Part shown: positions 1 through 9,981 of the stretch, one piece after another
How positions within the stretch are numbered: position 1 is the stretch's first letter
How the letters are laid out: each line of letters begins with the position of its first letter
Assembly: GCA_045046875.1 (NCBI GenBank)
Contig: JASFYY010000066.1
Coordinates: forward strand, 1-42,823
Direction: 5' to 3'
Source: Verrucomicrobiota bacterium
GTDB taxonomy: Bacteria > Verrucomicrobiota > Verrucomicrobiia > Verrucomicrobiales > DEV007
DNA: 42,823 bases
Position numbers and translations under genes: made by a program
The notes under the pieces: generated by a model
The model's database searches: none
Seen by the model: only the letters and a program-made list of their open reading frames with translations
What the model was told of the DNA's origin: nothing

Positions 1-375
1 GCGACTGAGGTGATCTCGGATCGCGAGTGGTTGGAGGGCGAGTTTATCTCGACGGTGCAGAAGCGCGGTGCGGCGATTATCAATGCACGCGGCGCTTCTT
101 CAGCGGCTTCGGCGGCCAATGCGATTGTCGATACGGTGAGCAGTCTGTCGAGTGTGACTGCGGAAGGGGATTGGACCAGTGTGGCACTTTGCTCGGATGG
201 CAGTTATGGCATCGACGAAGGTTTGATCACTTCTTTCCCCGTGCGTTCGGATGGAAGCAAGCGCGAGATTGTGCAAGGGCTGGAGATTAGCGATTTCAGT
301 CAGAGCAAGATCGATATCACGATTGGCGAATTGAAAGAAGAACGTGAGATGGTGAAGGATTTGTTGCCGAGCTAA
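1..375 (+). CDS. mdh: Malate dehydrogenase (MDH type 2), C-terminal part; 5' end lies outside the window
   Basis: Frame open from base 1; [23 protein letters not shown] and [15 protein letters not shown] are characteristic of MDH type 2. Confidence 0.93.
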   Translation, partial: ATEVISDREWLEGEFISTVQKRGAAIINARGASSAASAANAIVDTVSSLSSVTAEGDWTSVALCSDGSYGIDEGLITSFPVRSDGSKREIVQGLEISDFSQSKIDITIGELKEEREMVKDLLPS

Positions 376-393
376 TCAAAACGGTTAAAGGAG

Positions 394-420
394 GGCGGAC
401 TTTTCAGTCCGCCTTTTTTT
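394..420 (+). terminator. Intrinsic terminator after mdh, formed by a REP-like palindrome
   Basis: Stem GGCGGACT, loop TTTC, stem AGTCCGCC, then T7 (414-420), 18 nt after the mdh stop. Confidence 0.85.
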
Positions 421-453
421 GTGTTAATTTGTCAGTTGGTAGAGGAAAAAATC

Positions 454-1578
454 ATGCAGGTGGGGGGTCAACATTATCGGACGATTTGGTTCGACGAGGA
501 TGAAGCGGATGTGGTGAACATCATCGATCAGCGCAAGTTGCCGTTTTGTTTTGAGATTGAAAAATTGCGTACGCTTGAGCAGGCGGCGGTGGCGATTAAG
601 GATATGCATGTGCGTGGAGCGGGGTGTGTGGGAGCGACAGCGGGTTATGGAATGTTTTTGGCGGCTAAGGAAGCATTGAAGGCTGGGGATTTTGAACCGG
701 CCTTAAGGTTGAGTGCGCAGCAATTGATGGCGACCCGGCCTACGGCGGTGAATTTGCAGTGGGCGGTGGAGAGGCAGTTGAGTGCTGTTTTAGCACAGTC
801 TAGCAGTGCCACTCGCATCAGTTGCGCGCGGCAAACGGCTCAGGACATTGCCGACGAAGATGTGGAGGCTTGTGCGCAGATTGGTCAGCATGGTCTAGAG
901 TTGATCCGGCAGGCGGCGGCAAAAAAAACTGAGGGGGAAGCGGTGAATATTTTGACCCATTGCAACGCGGGATGGTTGGCTTTTGTGGATCACGGTTCGG
1001 CGACGGCGCCGATCTATGCGGCGCAGGCAGCGGGCATAGCGGTGCATGTGTGGGTGGATGAAACGCGGCCGCGCAATCAGGGCGCACGCTTGACGGCTTG
1101 GGAGTTGGAGCAAGCCGGGGTGCCATACACGTTGATTGTGGATAACGTCGGCGGGCACTTGATGCAACATGGTCAGGTGGACATGGTGATCACGGGCACG
1201 GATCGCACGACTTACACCGGGGATGTGGCTAACAAGATAGGAACCTACCTCAAAGCCCTGGCGGCTTTTGATAACGCGGTGCCGTTTTACGTGGCGCTGC
1301 CGTCATCCACTTTTGACTGGGAACTTGCGGACGGGGTGAATGGGATTCCGATTGAAGAGCGTGGGGGAGATGAAGTGACGAAGATGGAAGGACGGCTTGA
1401 CGGCCAGGACGAGATCCGGGAGTTTTATTTGGTGGGTGAAAAAACTCCGGCGGCAAACTACGCTTTTGATGTGACACCTGCCAGGTTGGTGAGCAAGTTG
1501 ATCACTGAGCGCGGGATTTGCGCTGCCTCGGCAGCGGGAGTTGGGGGTTTGTTTCCTGAGCGAAAAACAGGTGGGTGA
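454..1578 (+). CDS. mtnA: S-methyl-5-thioribose-1-phosphate isomerase (eIF-2B-like family)
   Basis: Motifs DQRKLP, MHVRGAG, TRPTAVNL, ILTHCNAGWLA, DETRPRNQGARLTAWEL, GDVANKIGTY, FDVTP. Start moved to ATG 454, which has AGAGGA upstream. Confidence 0.93.
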   Translation: MQVGGQHYRTIWFDEDEADVVNIIDQRKLPFCFEIEKLRTLEQAAVAIKDMHVRGAGCVGATAGYGMFLAAKEALKAGDFEPALRLSAQQLMATRPTAVNLQWAVERQLSAVLAQSSSATRISCARQTAQDIADEDVEACAQIGQHGLELIRQAAAKKTEGEAVNILTHCNAGWLAFVDHGSATAPIYAAQAAGIAVHVWVDETRPRNQGARLTAWELEQAGVPYTLIVDNVGGHLMQHGQVDMVITGTDRTTYTGDVANKIGTYLKALAAFDNAVPFYVALPSSTFDWELADGVNGIPIEERGGDEVTKMEGRLDGQDEIREFYLVGEKTPAANYAFDVTPARLVSKLITERGICAASAAGVGGLFPERKTGG

Positions 1579-1587
1579 AGGGTAGGA

Positions 1588-3288
1588 TCAAGTGAAGCGG
1601 CGCTCGGTTTTTTTCTCGGCAAAAAACGATTCCATGCGGGTGCGCATTTCACTGTAGTAGGCTTGAGCCATTTCCTCGAGCATGGCGATGCGTTCGGGCG
1701 AGCGGCCCTGGGCGCGTTCTTGTTCGATGCGATCTTCGAAGGACTGCTCCAGTTCCATCAGTTGTTCGAGGAATTCCTTGGCGGCACGTGAACGGTCGAC
1801 GCCTTCAACGAGCGCGTTTTCCAATGGTTTGTTGCGGGTGAGATGCAGCATGCGTCCATCGGAAAGCTCGTCCATGTAGCGGTGATAACTTTTAAGAAAG
1901 GTCTGGCGTTCTTTCTCAAAGCGAACTTCTTCGCAGTCAACCAAGGTGTCGTAGGGACCTGGTTTGGAGAAAAATTTAACAATCAAAGGGATGGTATCAA
2001 TCAACATGAAAAGCAAGGCGAGGATGACATAAGCGCTCAAGGCGAACTGGCCGCCTTTTTCGCCTGCATCGAAGAGTTTGTGTAGTGCCAGCGTTTGGGT
2101 GAGCAGGTCGCGTCGGGGTTCGGCTTTGATCGCGTCCACGCGTTCTTGTTCGTCGACTCCCAGTGCGACGATGTCGCCTTGGAAACGTTTGAGTTCTTCC
2201 AAGCGGGATTCAATCTGGGTGGAGATAGTGGCGCGGATGGCGTTTTGTTGACCGACAAATTGACCGGCTTGTTCCTGCTGAACCTGGCGCTTCAGACCAG
2301 CGACACGATCGGCTTCGGCTTTGCTGGCCAGATTGCGTTCGGCGGCTATGCCAACGTATTCTGCTTTCAGCGCCAGCTCGGTGGCGGCGATGGTGGATTT
2401 TAAATCGTTGCGGTTATTGCTCAGGCTGTCAACGACGGAGCCCAGGCGTTTGGCTTCAGTGCGGCGCCAGGCGAGCTGGTCGTCGCGGATGCTTTTGGCT
2501 CTCGGGCCGAGGCCGACGATGCCGCTGCGTTGACCATTGACTTCGCGTTCGAATTCACGCTGCCAGTGGTCGAGTTCCCGCTGCATGGTTTTGTAAGCAG
2601 CGCTGCCTTTGGTCATTTCGAGATCGAGCTTGGCGAGTTTGGTTTTGAGTGGGCCATTTTCTTCTGCGATGCGCTGATCGAGTTCTTTCTGGGTTTCGGC
2701 GTCGAGCTCGCTGGTGGCGTCAGCGCCATTAGCGACTTTGCCTGCGACCAGAAATTTGGCATCGAAGGTTTCGTCCCATTTACTGCGGTGCTGGGCGATG
2801 TTTTCCTCGAGTGCGGTTACTTTGTTTTCGATTTTTGTTTTTTCGGCGGCGGCATCTTGACGAACGGCGGTGATGTCGGTCTCGCGTTCTTTTTCGATCA
2901 CCGAGCTGATGGTGTCTTTGAATAGCAACAAGGTCAGAGGATGGGAAATGGTCAGCCCCATCAATATGGCGACCACAAAACGCAGCATGAACTGGTTGAA
3001 CTTACGGTGAAGCGGTTGGTAGGAGCGGTAAGTGGACAGCAGGGCGCGGTCGATGGTCAGAATGATGAACCCCCATACCATCGAGACAGGGATGATGATG
3101 CGCCAGTTGTCGGTGATGGTGGACAGGGCGTAGGCGCAGGCGATGAAGGCAAAAACGGTGGGAACTAATACAGTGGCACCAAAAGCAACGTATTTGCGTT
3201 GTTCCCAGTCAGGGCAGTTCTCCAGGCTTTGTGAACCGGCCCCAGCCAGCCAGAAAAAGAGGTGTTTGGGTTCCGGATCGGGTTTCAT
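1588..3288 (-). CDS. DUF4407-type membrane protein with long coiled coil
   Basis: Three N-terminal TM helices (IILTIDRALL, RFVVAILMGLTISHPLTLLLF), long coiled coil containing G.GLGPRA, C-terminal TM helix followed by IDTIPLIVK and GPYD. Confidence 0.75.
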   Translation of the reverse strand: MKPDPEPKHLFFWLAGAGSQSLENCPDWEQRKYVAFGATVLVPTVFAFIACAYALSTITDNWRIIIPVSMVWGFIILTIDRALLSTYRSYQPLHRKFNQFMLRFVVAILMGLTISHPLTLLLFKDTISSVIEKERETDITAVRQDAAAEKTKIENKVTALEENIAQHRSKWDETFDAKFLVAGKVANGADATSELDAETQKELDQRIAEENGPLKTKLAKLDLEMTKGSAAYKTMQRELDHWQREFEREVNGQRSGIVGLGPRAKSIRDDQLAWRRTEAKRLGSVVDSLSNNRNDLKSTIAATELALKAEYVGIAAERNLASKAEADRVAGLKRQVQQEQAGQFVGQQNAIRATISTQIESRLEELKRFQGDIVALGVDEQERVDAIKAEPRRDLLTQTLALHKLFDAGEKGGQFALSAYVILALLFMLIDTIPLIVKFFSKPGPYDTLVDCEEVRFEKERQTFLKSYHRYMDELSDGRMLHLTRNKPLENALVEGVDRSRAAKEFLEQLMELEQSFEDRIEQERAQGRSPERIAMLEEMAQAYYSEMRTRMESFFAEKKTERRFT

Positions 3289-3460
3289 ATTCTTTTTAGG
3301 TGATTGAGTTGAAGAAAGTTATGCAGACTTATGACCACGGTTTGACGACATTGTTTAAAAATAAATAAACATTTGGTAATTCTTATTTTGAGATAGGTGC
3401 GGAATTAGAAGTCATTTAGTGAAAAGAAGACAAATGCTCTTTATTGGATAGAGTGATTAT

Positions 3461-5632
3461 ATGAAACGGTTCCCCCTCCACTTCATCATTTCGAAAGCGA
3501 TACTTTCATTCTTGTGGATGTTTTGTTTTTCGCTGCCGCTGAAAGCAGAAGATCTTGCCGTATTGAAGGATACTGCAGCAGGGGTGAAACCAGGGCAGCA
3601 GCTCGAGCTCTATCTTAAGCAGCGATTTTATCATCAGGTTGATCGACGTTTGGAGGATTTTGAAAAAATCAAGTCGATTGCCCAGGCGGAAAAGTGGGCG
3701 CAGGACAGGTATGAGTTTTTCCTCAAACAAATTGGAGGACTGCCGCAGCGCACGCCGCTGAACGCACGCACGGTGGGAACTTTGCAAGGACAGGGTTACC
3801 GGGTGGAGAAGATCATGTTTGAAAGCCGTCCCAATCATCATGTGACGGGAAATCTCTATTTGCCTTTGGGCAAAGCTCCTTATCCGGCAGTATTGGTTCC
3901 TTGTGGTCATAGCCATAATGGTAAGGCGAGCGGACATTATCAGCGGATTTCCATTCTATTGGCAAAAAACGGCATTGCGGCTTTTTGTTATGATCCCGTG
4001 GGGCAAGGAGAGCGTTATCAGATGATTGACTATGAAAAAGATCACGATCAGTTTGTCACCGTTCCTTACAAGTTGGTTCCTCCACATCCCCGGGTGCAGT
4101 ATGTCTGCACCATTGAGCACACGACGATGGGATTGGGGAGCATTCTTTTGGGATCAAATATCGCCCAGTACCGCATATGGGACGGCATGCGGGCGATTGA
4201 TTATTTACAGAGCCGGGATGATATCCTTGGCGACAAGTTTGGCTGTACCGGCATTTCCGGCGGGGGAACCATGACTTCCTATTTGATGGCGCTCGACAAA
4301 CGGATTTATGCTGCCGCGCCGGGTTGTTTTCCGATGACCTATCGACGTCTGGTGGATAGCAAAGGCACGCAGGACGGGGAACAGACGATATTCGGGCAGA
4401 TAAAGTTTGGCATGGACCAGGCTGATTATTTTATGATGCGCGCTCCGCGGCCGACTTTGATACTCGGTGCCACACGGGATGCGACATTCGACATCAAGGG
4501 AACCTGGCCGCTGTTCCGAGAGTCGAAACGTTTTTACACCCGGTTGCGTTATCCCGAACGCATGGATATGATCGAAGCGGATATGCCTCATGGCTTTTAT
4601 TATCCTTTGCGAGAAGCTTCGGTGCAGTGGATGAGGCGTTGGCTATTGGGGATCGATGATACCGTGCGTGAGTTTGAGGATTTGCCTGATCCAATCAGTG
4701 ACAAGCAGCTACGTGCTCTTAATGAGGGTGATTGGACAGATGAAGATCTTCGCTGTACTCCGCAAGGGTTGACTCTTTTGATGAAAGGGGAACGCTCCGT
4801 GTTTGAGATCAATGCGGAGCAGGAACAAGGCTTGCGGAAAAAACGTCGGCAGGTTTGGGCTGAACTGAGTGCCAAGGGACGACGTGGTTTGATCCGTGAT
4901 ACGATAGGTTTGGTGAAAAGCAGGCGTATGTCTTCTCGTCTGGTTGGCCAAGTTGATCGCAAAACTTACCGAATTGATAAATTTGCCATCAGCCCTGAAG
5001 CTGGAATCGAATTGCCGATGTTGGTTTTTGTTCCACCTAAGCCGACAGGGCAAGCAGTGCTTTATCTTCATGGCACCAGTATGAATATTGATGCAGCCGT
5101 CGGCGGGGAGATTGAAAAATTGATGAAAGAGGGCAACCGAATGGTTTTTACAGCTGAACTGCGGGGCATCGGAGAAACGGAAACCGGGCACGACAAACGT
5201 GACTATGGGCGCGGGCGTTTTGGCAGGGACGTGCAAGAGATATTTCTCGCTTATCTGATAGGGCGTTCTTATGTCGGTATGCGCACCGGGGATGTGCAGG
5301 TATTGGCGAAATTCGTTCGGACTTATCTTGAGACGAACAATCAACCAGGTAATATTCACCTCGTCTCGCAGGGTGAAGCTGCCATTCCAGCTTTACATGC
5401 AGCGGCTCTTAATCCTGAGGGTTTTGAATCGGTGACGCTTAAGGAAATGATCGCGTCCTGGGCGGAAATTGTTTCAAACCCTGATAACCTGAACCAAGCA
5501 TCCTCCGTAGTGCATGGCGCACTCAAGCATTACGATCTACCTGATTTAGTAGATATGGCGGGAAAAGAGAAGGTGAAAATCAAGCAGCGAGTGGACGTAA
5601 TGGGGGAGCCATGGCTCATGCCAAAACAATAA
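3461..5632 (+). CDS. Secreted two-domain alpha/beta hydrolase (acetylxylan esterase / dienelactone hydrolase-like)
   Basis: Signal peptide ending PLKA-ED; FESRPNHHVTGNLYLP, PAVLVPCGH, YDPVGQGER, nucleophile elbow GCTGISGGG; a second degenerate hydrolase domain (ELRGIGET, GRSYVGMR). Confidence 0.8.
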   Translation: MKRFPLHFIISKAILSFLWMFCFSLPLKAEDLAVLKDTAAGVKPGQQLELYLKQRFYHQVDRRLEDFEKIKSIAQAEKWAQDRYEFFLKQIGGLPQRTPLNARTVGTLQGQGYRVEKIMFESRPNHHVTGNLYLPLGKAPYPAVLVPCGHSHNGKASGHYQRISILLAKNGIAAFCYDPVGQGERYQMIDYEKDHDQFVTVPYKLVPPHPRVQYVCTIEHTTMGLGSILLGSNIAQYRIWDGMRAIDYLQSRDDILGDKFGCTGISGGGTMTSYLMALDKRIYAAAPGCFPMTYRRLVDSKGTQDGEQTIFGQIKFGMDQADYFMMRAPRPTLILGATRDATFDIKGTWPLFRESKRFYTRLRYPERMDMIEADMPHGFYYPLREASVQWMRRWLLGIDDTVREFEDLPDPISDKQLRALNEGDWTDEDLRCTPQGLTLLMKGERSVFEINAEQEQGLRKKRRQVWAELSAKGRRGLIRDTIGLVKSRRMSSRLVGQVDRKTYRIDKFAISPEAGIELPMLVFVPPKPTGQAVLYLHGTSMNIDAAVGGEIEKLMKEGNRMVFTAELRGIGETETGHDKRDYGRGRFGRDVQEIFLAYLIGRSYVGMRTGDVQVLAKFVRTYLETNNQPGNIHLVSQGEAAIPALHAAALNPEGFESVTLKEMIASWAEIVSNPDNLNQASSVVHGALKHYDLPDLVDMAGKEKVKIKQRVDVMGEPWLMPKQ

Positions 5633-5648
5633 CGAGGCGCTGAAGCAT

Positions 5649-8600
5649 CTAGGATTTTCGGCCGCAGCAGTTTTTGAATTTTTTGCCACTGCCGCAGGGG
5701 CAGTTTTCGTTGCGGCCTACTTTAGGCAGTTCACGTTTGAGAGGTAAATTGATTTTGATTTGTCCTTCGTCTTCGTTTTCAGCTGGGGCCTGGTTTGAAG
5801 GGGCTGCTCCGGCTGGAGCACTGCCGCCGCCAAAGTCAGACAGGATGTCGGTATCGTGGCTGAGCTGTTGTGGCAGGTTTTGCAGAAAGTTCTCGTATTC
5901 TTCCGGCCGGGTGGTGGTGCGGAACAAGCTGCCGAGAACCTCGTGGTCGATGTTGTCCATCAGTTCGACAAATACGGAATAAGCTTCGGTTTTGTATTCG
6001 ACCAAGGGATCTTTCTGGGCGTATTGACGCATGCCGATGGCATCGCGCACACCGTCCATCACATAGAGGTGCTCCTGCCACAGGCGGTCGATGGCACTGA
6101 GGATGATATAACGTTCGAGTTCCTCGAGAACATCGGGGTCTTCGTGATTGACCTTGAGTTCATACGCTTGATGAACTTTGTCGGTGATAAAGCGGATATT
6201 GCCTTCATCATCACGAGTATCAAATTCGGCCTGCTCTGGCGTCAGTCTGAGCGGGAAGGTGGTATTGACCCAATGAAGGATAGCTTCGAAATCGAGTGCA
6301 CCACTTTCAGCATCGACGTAGCTGGCAACACGTGTGGGGACGGATTTTTCGATGATTTCTGAAACCAGGCCGTGTGGATTTTCGGTTTCCAGCACTTCAT
6401 TACGATAGCCGTAAACCACTTCACGTTGCTGGTTCATCACGTCGTCATATTCCAGTACGCGTTTACGCGAAACGTAGTTGCGTTGCTCGACTTTTTTTTG
6501 CGCGTTTTCGACGGCCCGGTCAAGCAGCGGATGTTCGAGCTCCTGCCCTTCTTCCAAACCAAAACGATCCATCATTTTGGTCATGCGATCCGAGGCGCCA
6601 AAGTTGACCATCAGTTCATCTTCGAAGCTGACAAAAAACATCGAAGCTCCAGGATCACCCTGACGCGCACAACGTCCACGCAGCTGGCGGTCAATGCGTC
6701 GTGATTGATGACGCTCGGTGCCGATGACTCTTAGGCCGCCCAAATCCTGAACCCCTTCACCCAATTTGATGTCGGTGCCTCGACCTGCCATGTTGGTCGC
6801 TACGGTCACCGATCCTTTGAGTCCGGCACGCATGACGATCTCGGCTTCCTGCATGTGGTATTTGGCATTCAGCACGCTGTGAGCGATCTTAGCTCTTTTG
6901 AGCATGCGGGATATGGTTTCCGAAGATTCCACGCTGGCGGTTCCCAGTAAAACAGGTTGTCCGGTGGCATTGGCTTCGCCCACGGCGTTGATCACGGCGC
7001 TGAATTTTTCGCGTCGGGTTTTGTAGATCTGGTCATTGCCATCAAGGCGTTGGATAGGTCGGTTGGTGGGGATCACCAGCACATCGAGTTTGTAGATGTC
7101 TTTGAACTCAGCGGCTTCGGTTTCCGCTGTTCCGGTCATGCCGGAGAGTTTTTCATACAAACGGAAGTAGTTCTGGATGGTGATGGTGGCGTAAGTCTGG
7201 GTTTCGTCTTCGATTTTGACGCCCTCCTTGGCCTCCACGGCTTGGTGCAATCCGTCCGACCAGCGACGACCGGGCATTTTGCGTCCGGTGTTTTCGTCAA
7301 CAATCATGACTTGATTGTCTTCGACCACATAACTCACGTCGCGTTCGTAGATGCAATAGGCGCGCAGCAGTTGGGAGATGTTGTGCATGCGCTGCGCCTG
7401 CGTGTTCATCGTTTCCTGCAGTTCTTGCTTGGAGCTTTCACGAGCCTCGTCGGTGCGACTAGCATCCCCGTCGATTTCGGCAAAAGCAGTGGCCAGATCG
7501 GGCAGCACAAAAGCATCCGGATCGTCGGGATTAAGAAAAGAGCGTCCTTTTTCGGTGAGATCAGCTTCGTGGTTTTTCTGATCGAGGATGAAATACAGCT
7601 CTTCCTTGAGCTCAAACAGCGCGGTTTTCTGGGCGTCCTGATAAAAAGTCAGCTCGGTTTTATCGATCAAACGACGGATGTCGGGATCTTCCATCATGCG
7701 GATCAAACCTCGGTTGCGTGGCTGTCCCAGTTTAACTGCAAACAGGTCCACCCCGGCTTCATGCTGATGGTCCTTTTCAAGTTTACCTTTAGCGTCACTG
7801 ACCAACTGGTTACACAAAGTGGTCTGGCGACGGGTCAATTGCTCTACCAGTGGTTTGAAGCGGTCATACTGGTGCCCTTGTTGGGAGGTCACCGGGCCAC
7901 TGATGATCAAAGGTGTGCGGGCTTCGTCGATCAGCACCGAGTCCACTTCGTCGATCAGGGCGTAATAGTGACTGCGCTGCACCAAACCGAGTTTGTTGGT
8001 CGCCATGCCGTTGTCGCGCAGGTAGTCGAAGCCAAACTCACTCGAGGTGCCGTAGGTGATGTCGTTTTGGTATTGCTCACGACGGGGATCCCCGTGTTGA
8101 TCATTCTGGATACAACCAACGCTCAGGCCGAGGTATTCAAAAAGGTGGCCCATCCACTCCGAGTCCCGTCGGGCGAGGTAGTCATTGACGGTGATCACAT
8201 GCACGCCGAGTCCGGTCAGGGCATTGAGGAATACCGGCAGGGTGGCCACCAGGGTTTTACCTTCACCGGTAGCCATTTCAGCAATGGTTCCACGATGCAG
8301 GGCGATGCCTCCGATGAGCTGCACATCAAAGTGAATCATTTCCCAGGTCACCGGGTGGTCACAGACATTCCAAGAGGTTCCGCACAAACGTCGCGCGGCA
8401 TTTTTCACCACCGCATAAGCTTCGGGTAGGATTTTTTCCAGATACTCTGCGCGGAGTTCCGGGAAGCCGTCGCGCAAATCGACAAAAGTTCCCTGGGATT
8501 TGATAATGCCCGCAACCAGATCGTCGGTGGAGAGAGTGTTGATCTGTCCTTCGCGCGGCAATAGATCCTTTAAGCTGTCGAAGTCGCTTTCCAAAGCGCT

Positions 8601-8864
8601 GTAGCGCGATGACCAGGCGGAAAGAATGGAAACCAGCTGAGCGGATTCCATTGACTTGAGTTTGCGTTCGCTGAAGAACTCGACGTCTTCATTGTAGCGG
8701 TTGAGATAAGCTTTCCACTCGGCGGTTTTCTCCTTGAGAACGGATTCATCCTGAGATTGCAAGCCTTCTTCAATGCGATTGATCTCTCCGACGGTTGGCC
8801 AAATTTGCTTCAGCACGCGCTGATTTTTTGACCCGACTATTTTGCGTATGACCCACTGGAACAT
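5649..8864 (-). CDS. secA: Preprotein translocase subunit SecA
   Basis: EMATGEGKTL, VTVNDYLA-type motif (ITVNDYLARRD), DEVDSVLIDEARTPLIISG, GMTGTA, ATNMAGRGTDI, QLRGRCARQGDPG; C-terminal SEC-C motif CPCGSGKKFKNCC. Confidence 0.98.
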   Translation of the reverse strand: MFQWVIRKIVGSKNQRVLKQIWPTVGEINRIEEGLQSQDESVLKEKTAEWKAYLNRYNEDVEFFSERKLKSMESAQLVSILSAWSSRYSALESDFDSLKDLLPREGQINTLSTDDLVAGIIKSQGTFVDLRDGFPELRAEYLEKILPEAYAVVKNAARRLCGTSWNVCDHPVTWEMIHFDVQLIGGIALHRGTIAEMATGEGKTLVATLPVFLNALTGLGVHVITVNDYLARRDSEWMGHLFEYLGLSVGCIQNDQHGDPRREQYQNDITYGTSSEFGFDYLRDNGMATNKLGLVQRSHYYALIDEVDSVLIDEARTPLIISGPVTSQQGHQYDRFKPLVEQLTRRQTTLCNQLVSDAKGKLEKDHQHEAGVDLFAVKLGQPRNRGLIRMMEDPDIRRLIDKTELTFYQDAQKTALFELKEELYFILDQKNHEADLTEKGRSFLNPDDPDAFVLPDLATAFAEIDGDASRTDEARESSKQELQETMNTQAQRMHNISQLLRAYCIYERDVSYVVEDNQVMIVDENTGRKMPGRRWSDGLHQAVEAKEGVKIEDETQTYATITIQNYFRLYEKLSGMTGTAETEAAEFKDIYKLDVLVIPTNRPIQRLDGNDQIYKTRREKFSAVINAVGEANATGQPVLLGTASVESSETISRMLKRAKIAHSVLNAKYHMQEAEIVMRAGLKGSVTVATNMAGRGTDIKLGEGVQDLGGLRVIGTERHQSRRIDRQLRGRCARQGDPGASMFFVSFEDELMVNFGASDRMTKMMDRFGLEEGQELEHPLLDRAVENAQKKVEQRNYVSRKRVLEYDDVMNQQREVVYGYRNEVLETENPHGLVSEIIEKSVPTRVASYVDAESGALDFEAILHWVNTTFPLRLTPEQAEFDTRDDEGNIRFITDKVHQAYELKVNHEDPDVLEELERYIILSAIDRLWQEHLYVMDGVRDAIGMRQYAQKDPLVEYKTEAYSVFVELMDNIDHEVLGSLFRTTTRPEEYENFLQNLPQQLSHDTDILSDFGGGSAPAGAAPSNQAPAENEDEGQIKINLPLKRELPKVGRNENCPCGSGKKFKNCCGRKS

Positions 8865-9012
8865 CGTGAACAGAATTGATTATTTATGAAATGGAAAAGA
8901 TGGTGAAAACAGCAATACCCAGGCATTGCTTTTCCGATCGAAAAGGCAAGCAAGCCCAGGCAAGCGAACTTTGCGCCAAGACGGCGATTTATCAAGGTCT
9001 TACTTGACCTAT

Positions 9013-9795
9013 TCAGCCTGCAGCCACGGTGGCGTGGCGTTCGAGGAATTCTTCGGCGAGAGCCTGGTAAGCACAGGCACCTGCGCTGGCAGGTTTGTAA
9101 TCGATGATGGTGCGGCCGTGACTTGGGGATTCACCCAGCGCGATACTACGTGGAATGATGGTGCGATAGACCGTATCCTTGAAAACCCGCTGCACTTCTT
9201 CGATAACTTGCTGGGTCAAATTGGTGCGGGAATCAGCCATGGTCATGACAATTCCCTCGATTTCCACATCCGGGTTGGCTCCTGAATTGGCGACCATTTC
9301 CAGCACTTTGACGATTTCTGATAAACCCACCAGGCCAAAGTATTCACATTGCAGCGGGATCAGCAGCTCATCGGCTGCAGCCAGCGCGGAAGTCATCAGA
9401 ATACCCAGCGAGGGGGGGCAGTCGATCAACATGTAATCAGCATCGGAGGCGGTTCGAAAGCTGTGCAGGATGCCACGCAGACGGACGAGGTGATCCTCCG
9501 CCCGGGCCAACTCGATCTCACAACCCGCCAACTGCAAGTCACAGGGGATGATTGAAAGGTTCTCGTATTTGGTCGGCTGGATCAAGGTGGCCACATCAGC
9601 TCCCTCGATGAGACTGTCGTAAACACTGGGAAATTCCCCCGGCACCAAATCCAGTGCGCTGGTGGTATTGGCCTGCGGATCCAGATCGAGAACGATCACC
9701 CGGGCACCTTTGGCCGCGAGGCAGGCACCTAGATTGACGGATGTGGTGGTTTTCCCCACGCCGCCTTTTTGATTCGCAATAGCTATGATTTTCAT
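9013..9795 (-). CDS. parA: ParA/Soj family ATPase
   Basis: Deviant Walker A NQKGGVGKTTT, DLDPQAN, IDCPPSLG, IPLQCEYF, IPRSIALGESPSHG. Confidence 0.92.
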   Translation of the reverse strand: MKIIAIANQKGGVGKTTTSVNLGACLAAKGARVIVLDLDPQANTTSALDLVPGEFPSVYDSLIEGADVATLIQPTKYENLSIIPCDLQLAGCEIELARAEDHLVRLRGILHSFRTASDADYMLIDCPPSLGILMTSALAAADELLIPLQCEYFGLVGLSEIVKVLEMVANSGANPDVEIEGIVMTMADSRTNLTQQVIEEVQRVFKDTVYRTIIPRSIALGESPSHGRTIIDYKPASAGACAYQALAEEFLERHATVAAG

Positions 9796-9932
9796 GAAAG
9801 GAAATTTTAATGATGTCGGGAGAAGGAAAAGCGAAGGTGGATGATCATCTTGCCCGAAAACCCATCGGCTGACCAGTCATTTGTGTCCGCGGCGGCTTTT
9901 ATTCATCAACGGTCATGCGACATTACAAACAA

Positions 9933-9952
9933 TAACCACTGATTTCACTGAT
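9933..9952 (+). repeat. Dispersed repeat, CACTGAT-dyad family (TAACCACTGATTTCACTGAT)
   Basis: Same motif as 40611-40631 and, inverted, 40580-40599 and 42807-42823. Confidence 0.7.
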
Positions 9953-9981
9953 GTGGGGGAAAAATAACGTGTCGTTCGAAT

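Noticed and set aside
6957..8429. 490-aa ORF on the + strand
   Set aside because: Entirely antisense to secA, with no recognisable motifs; a codon-bias shadow ORF.
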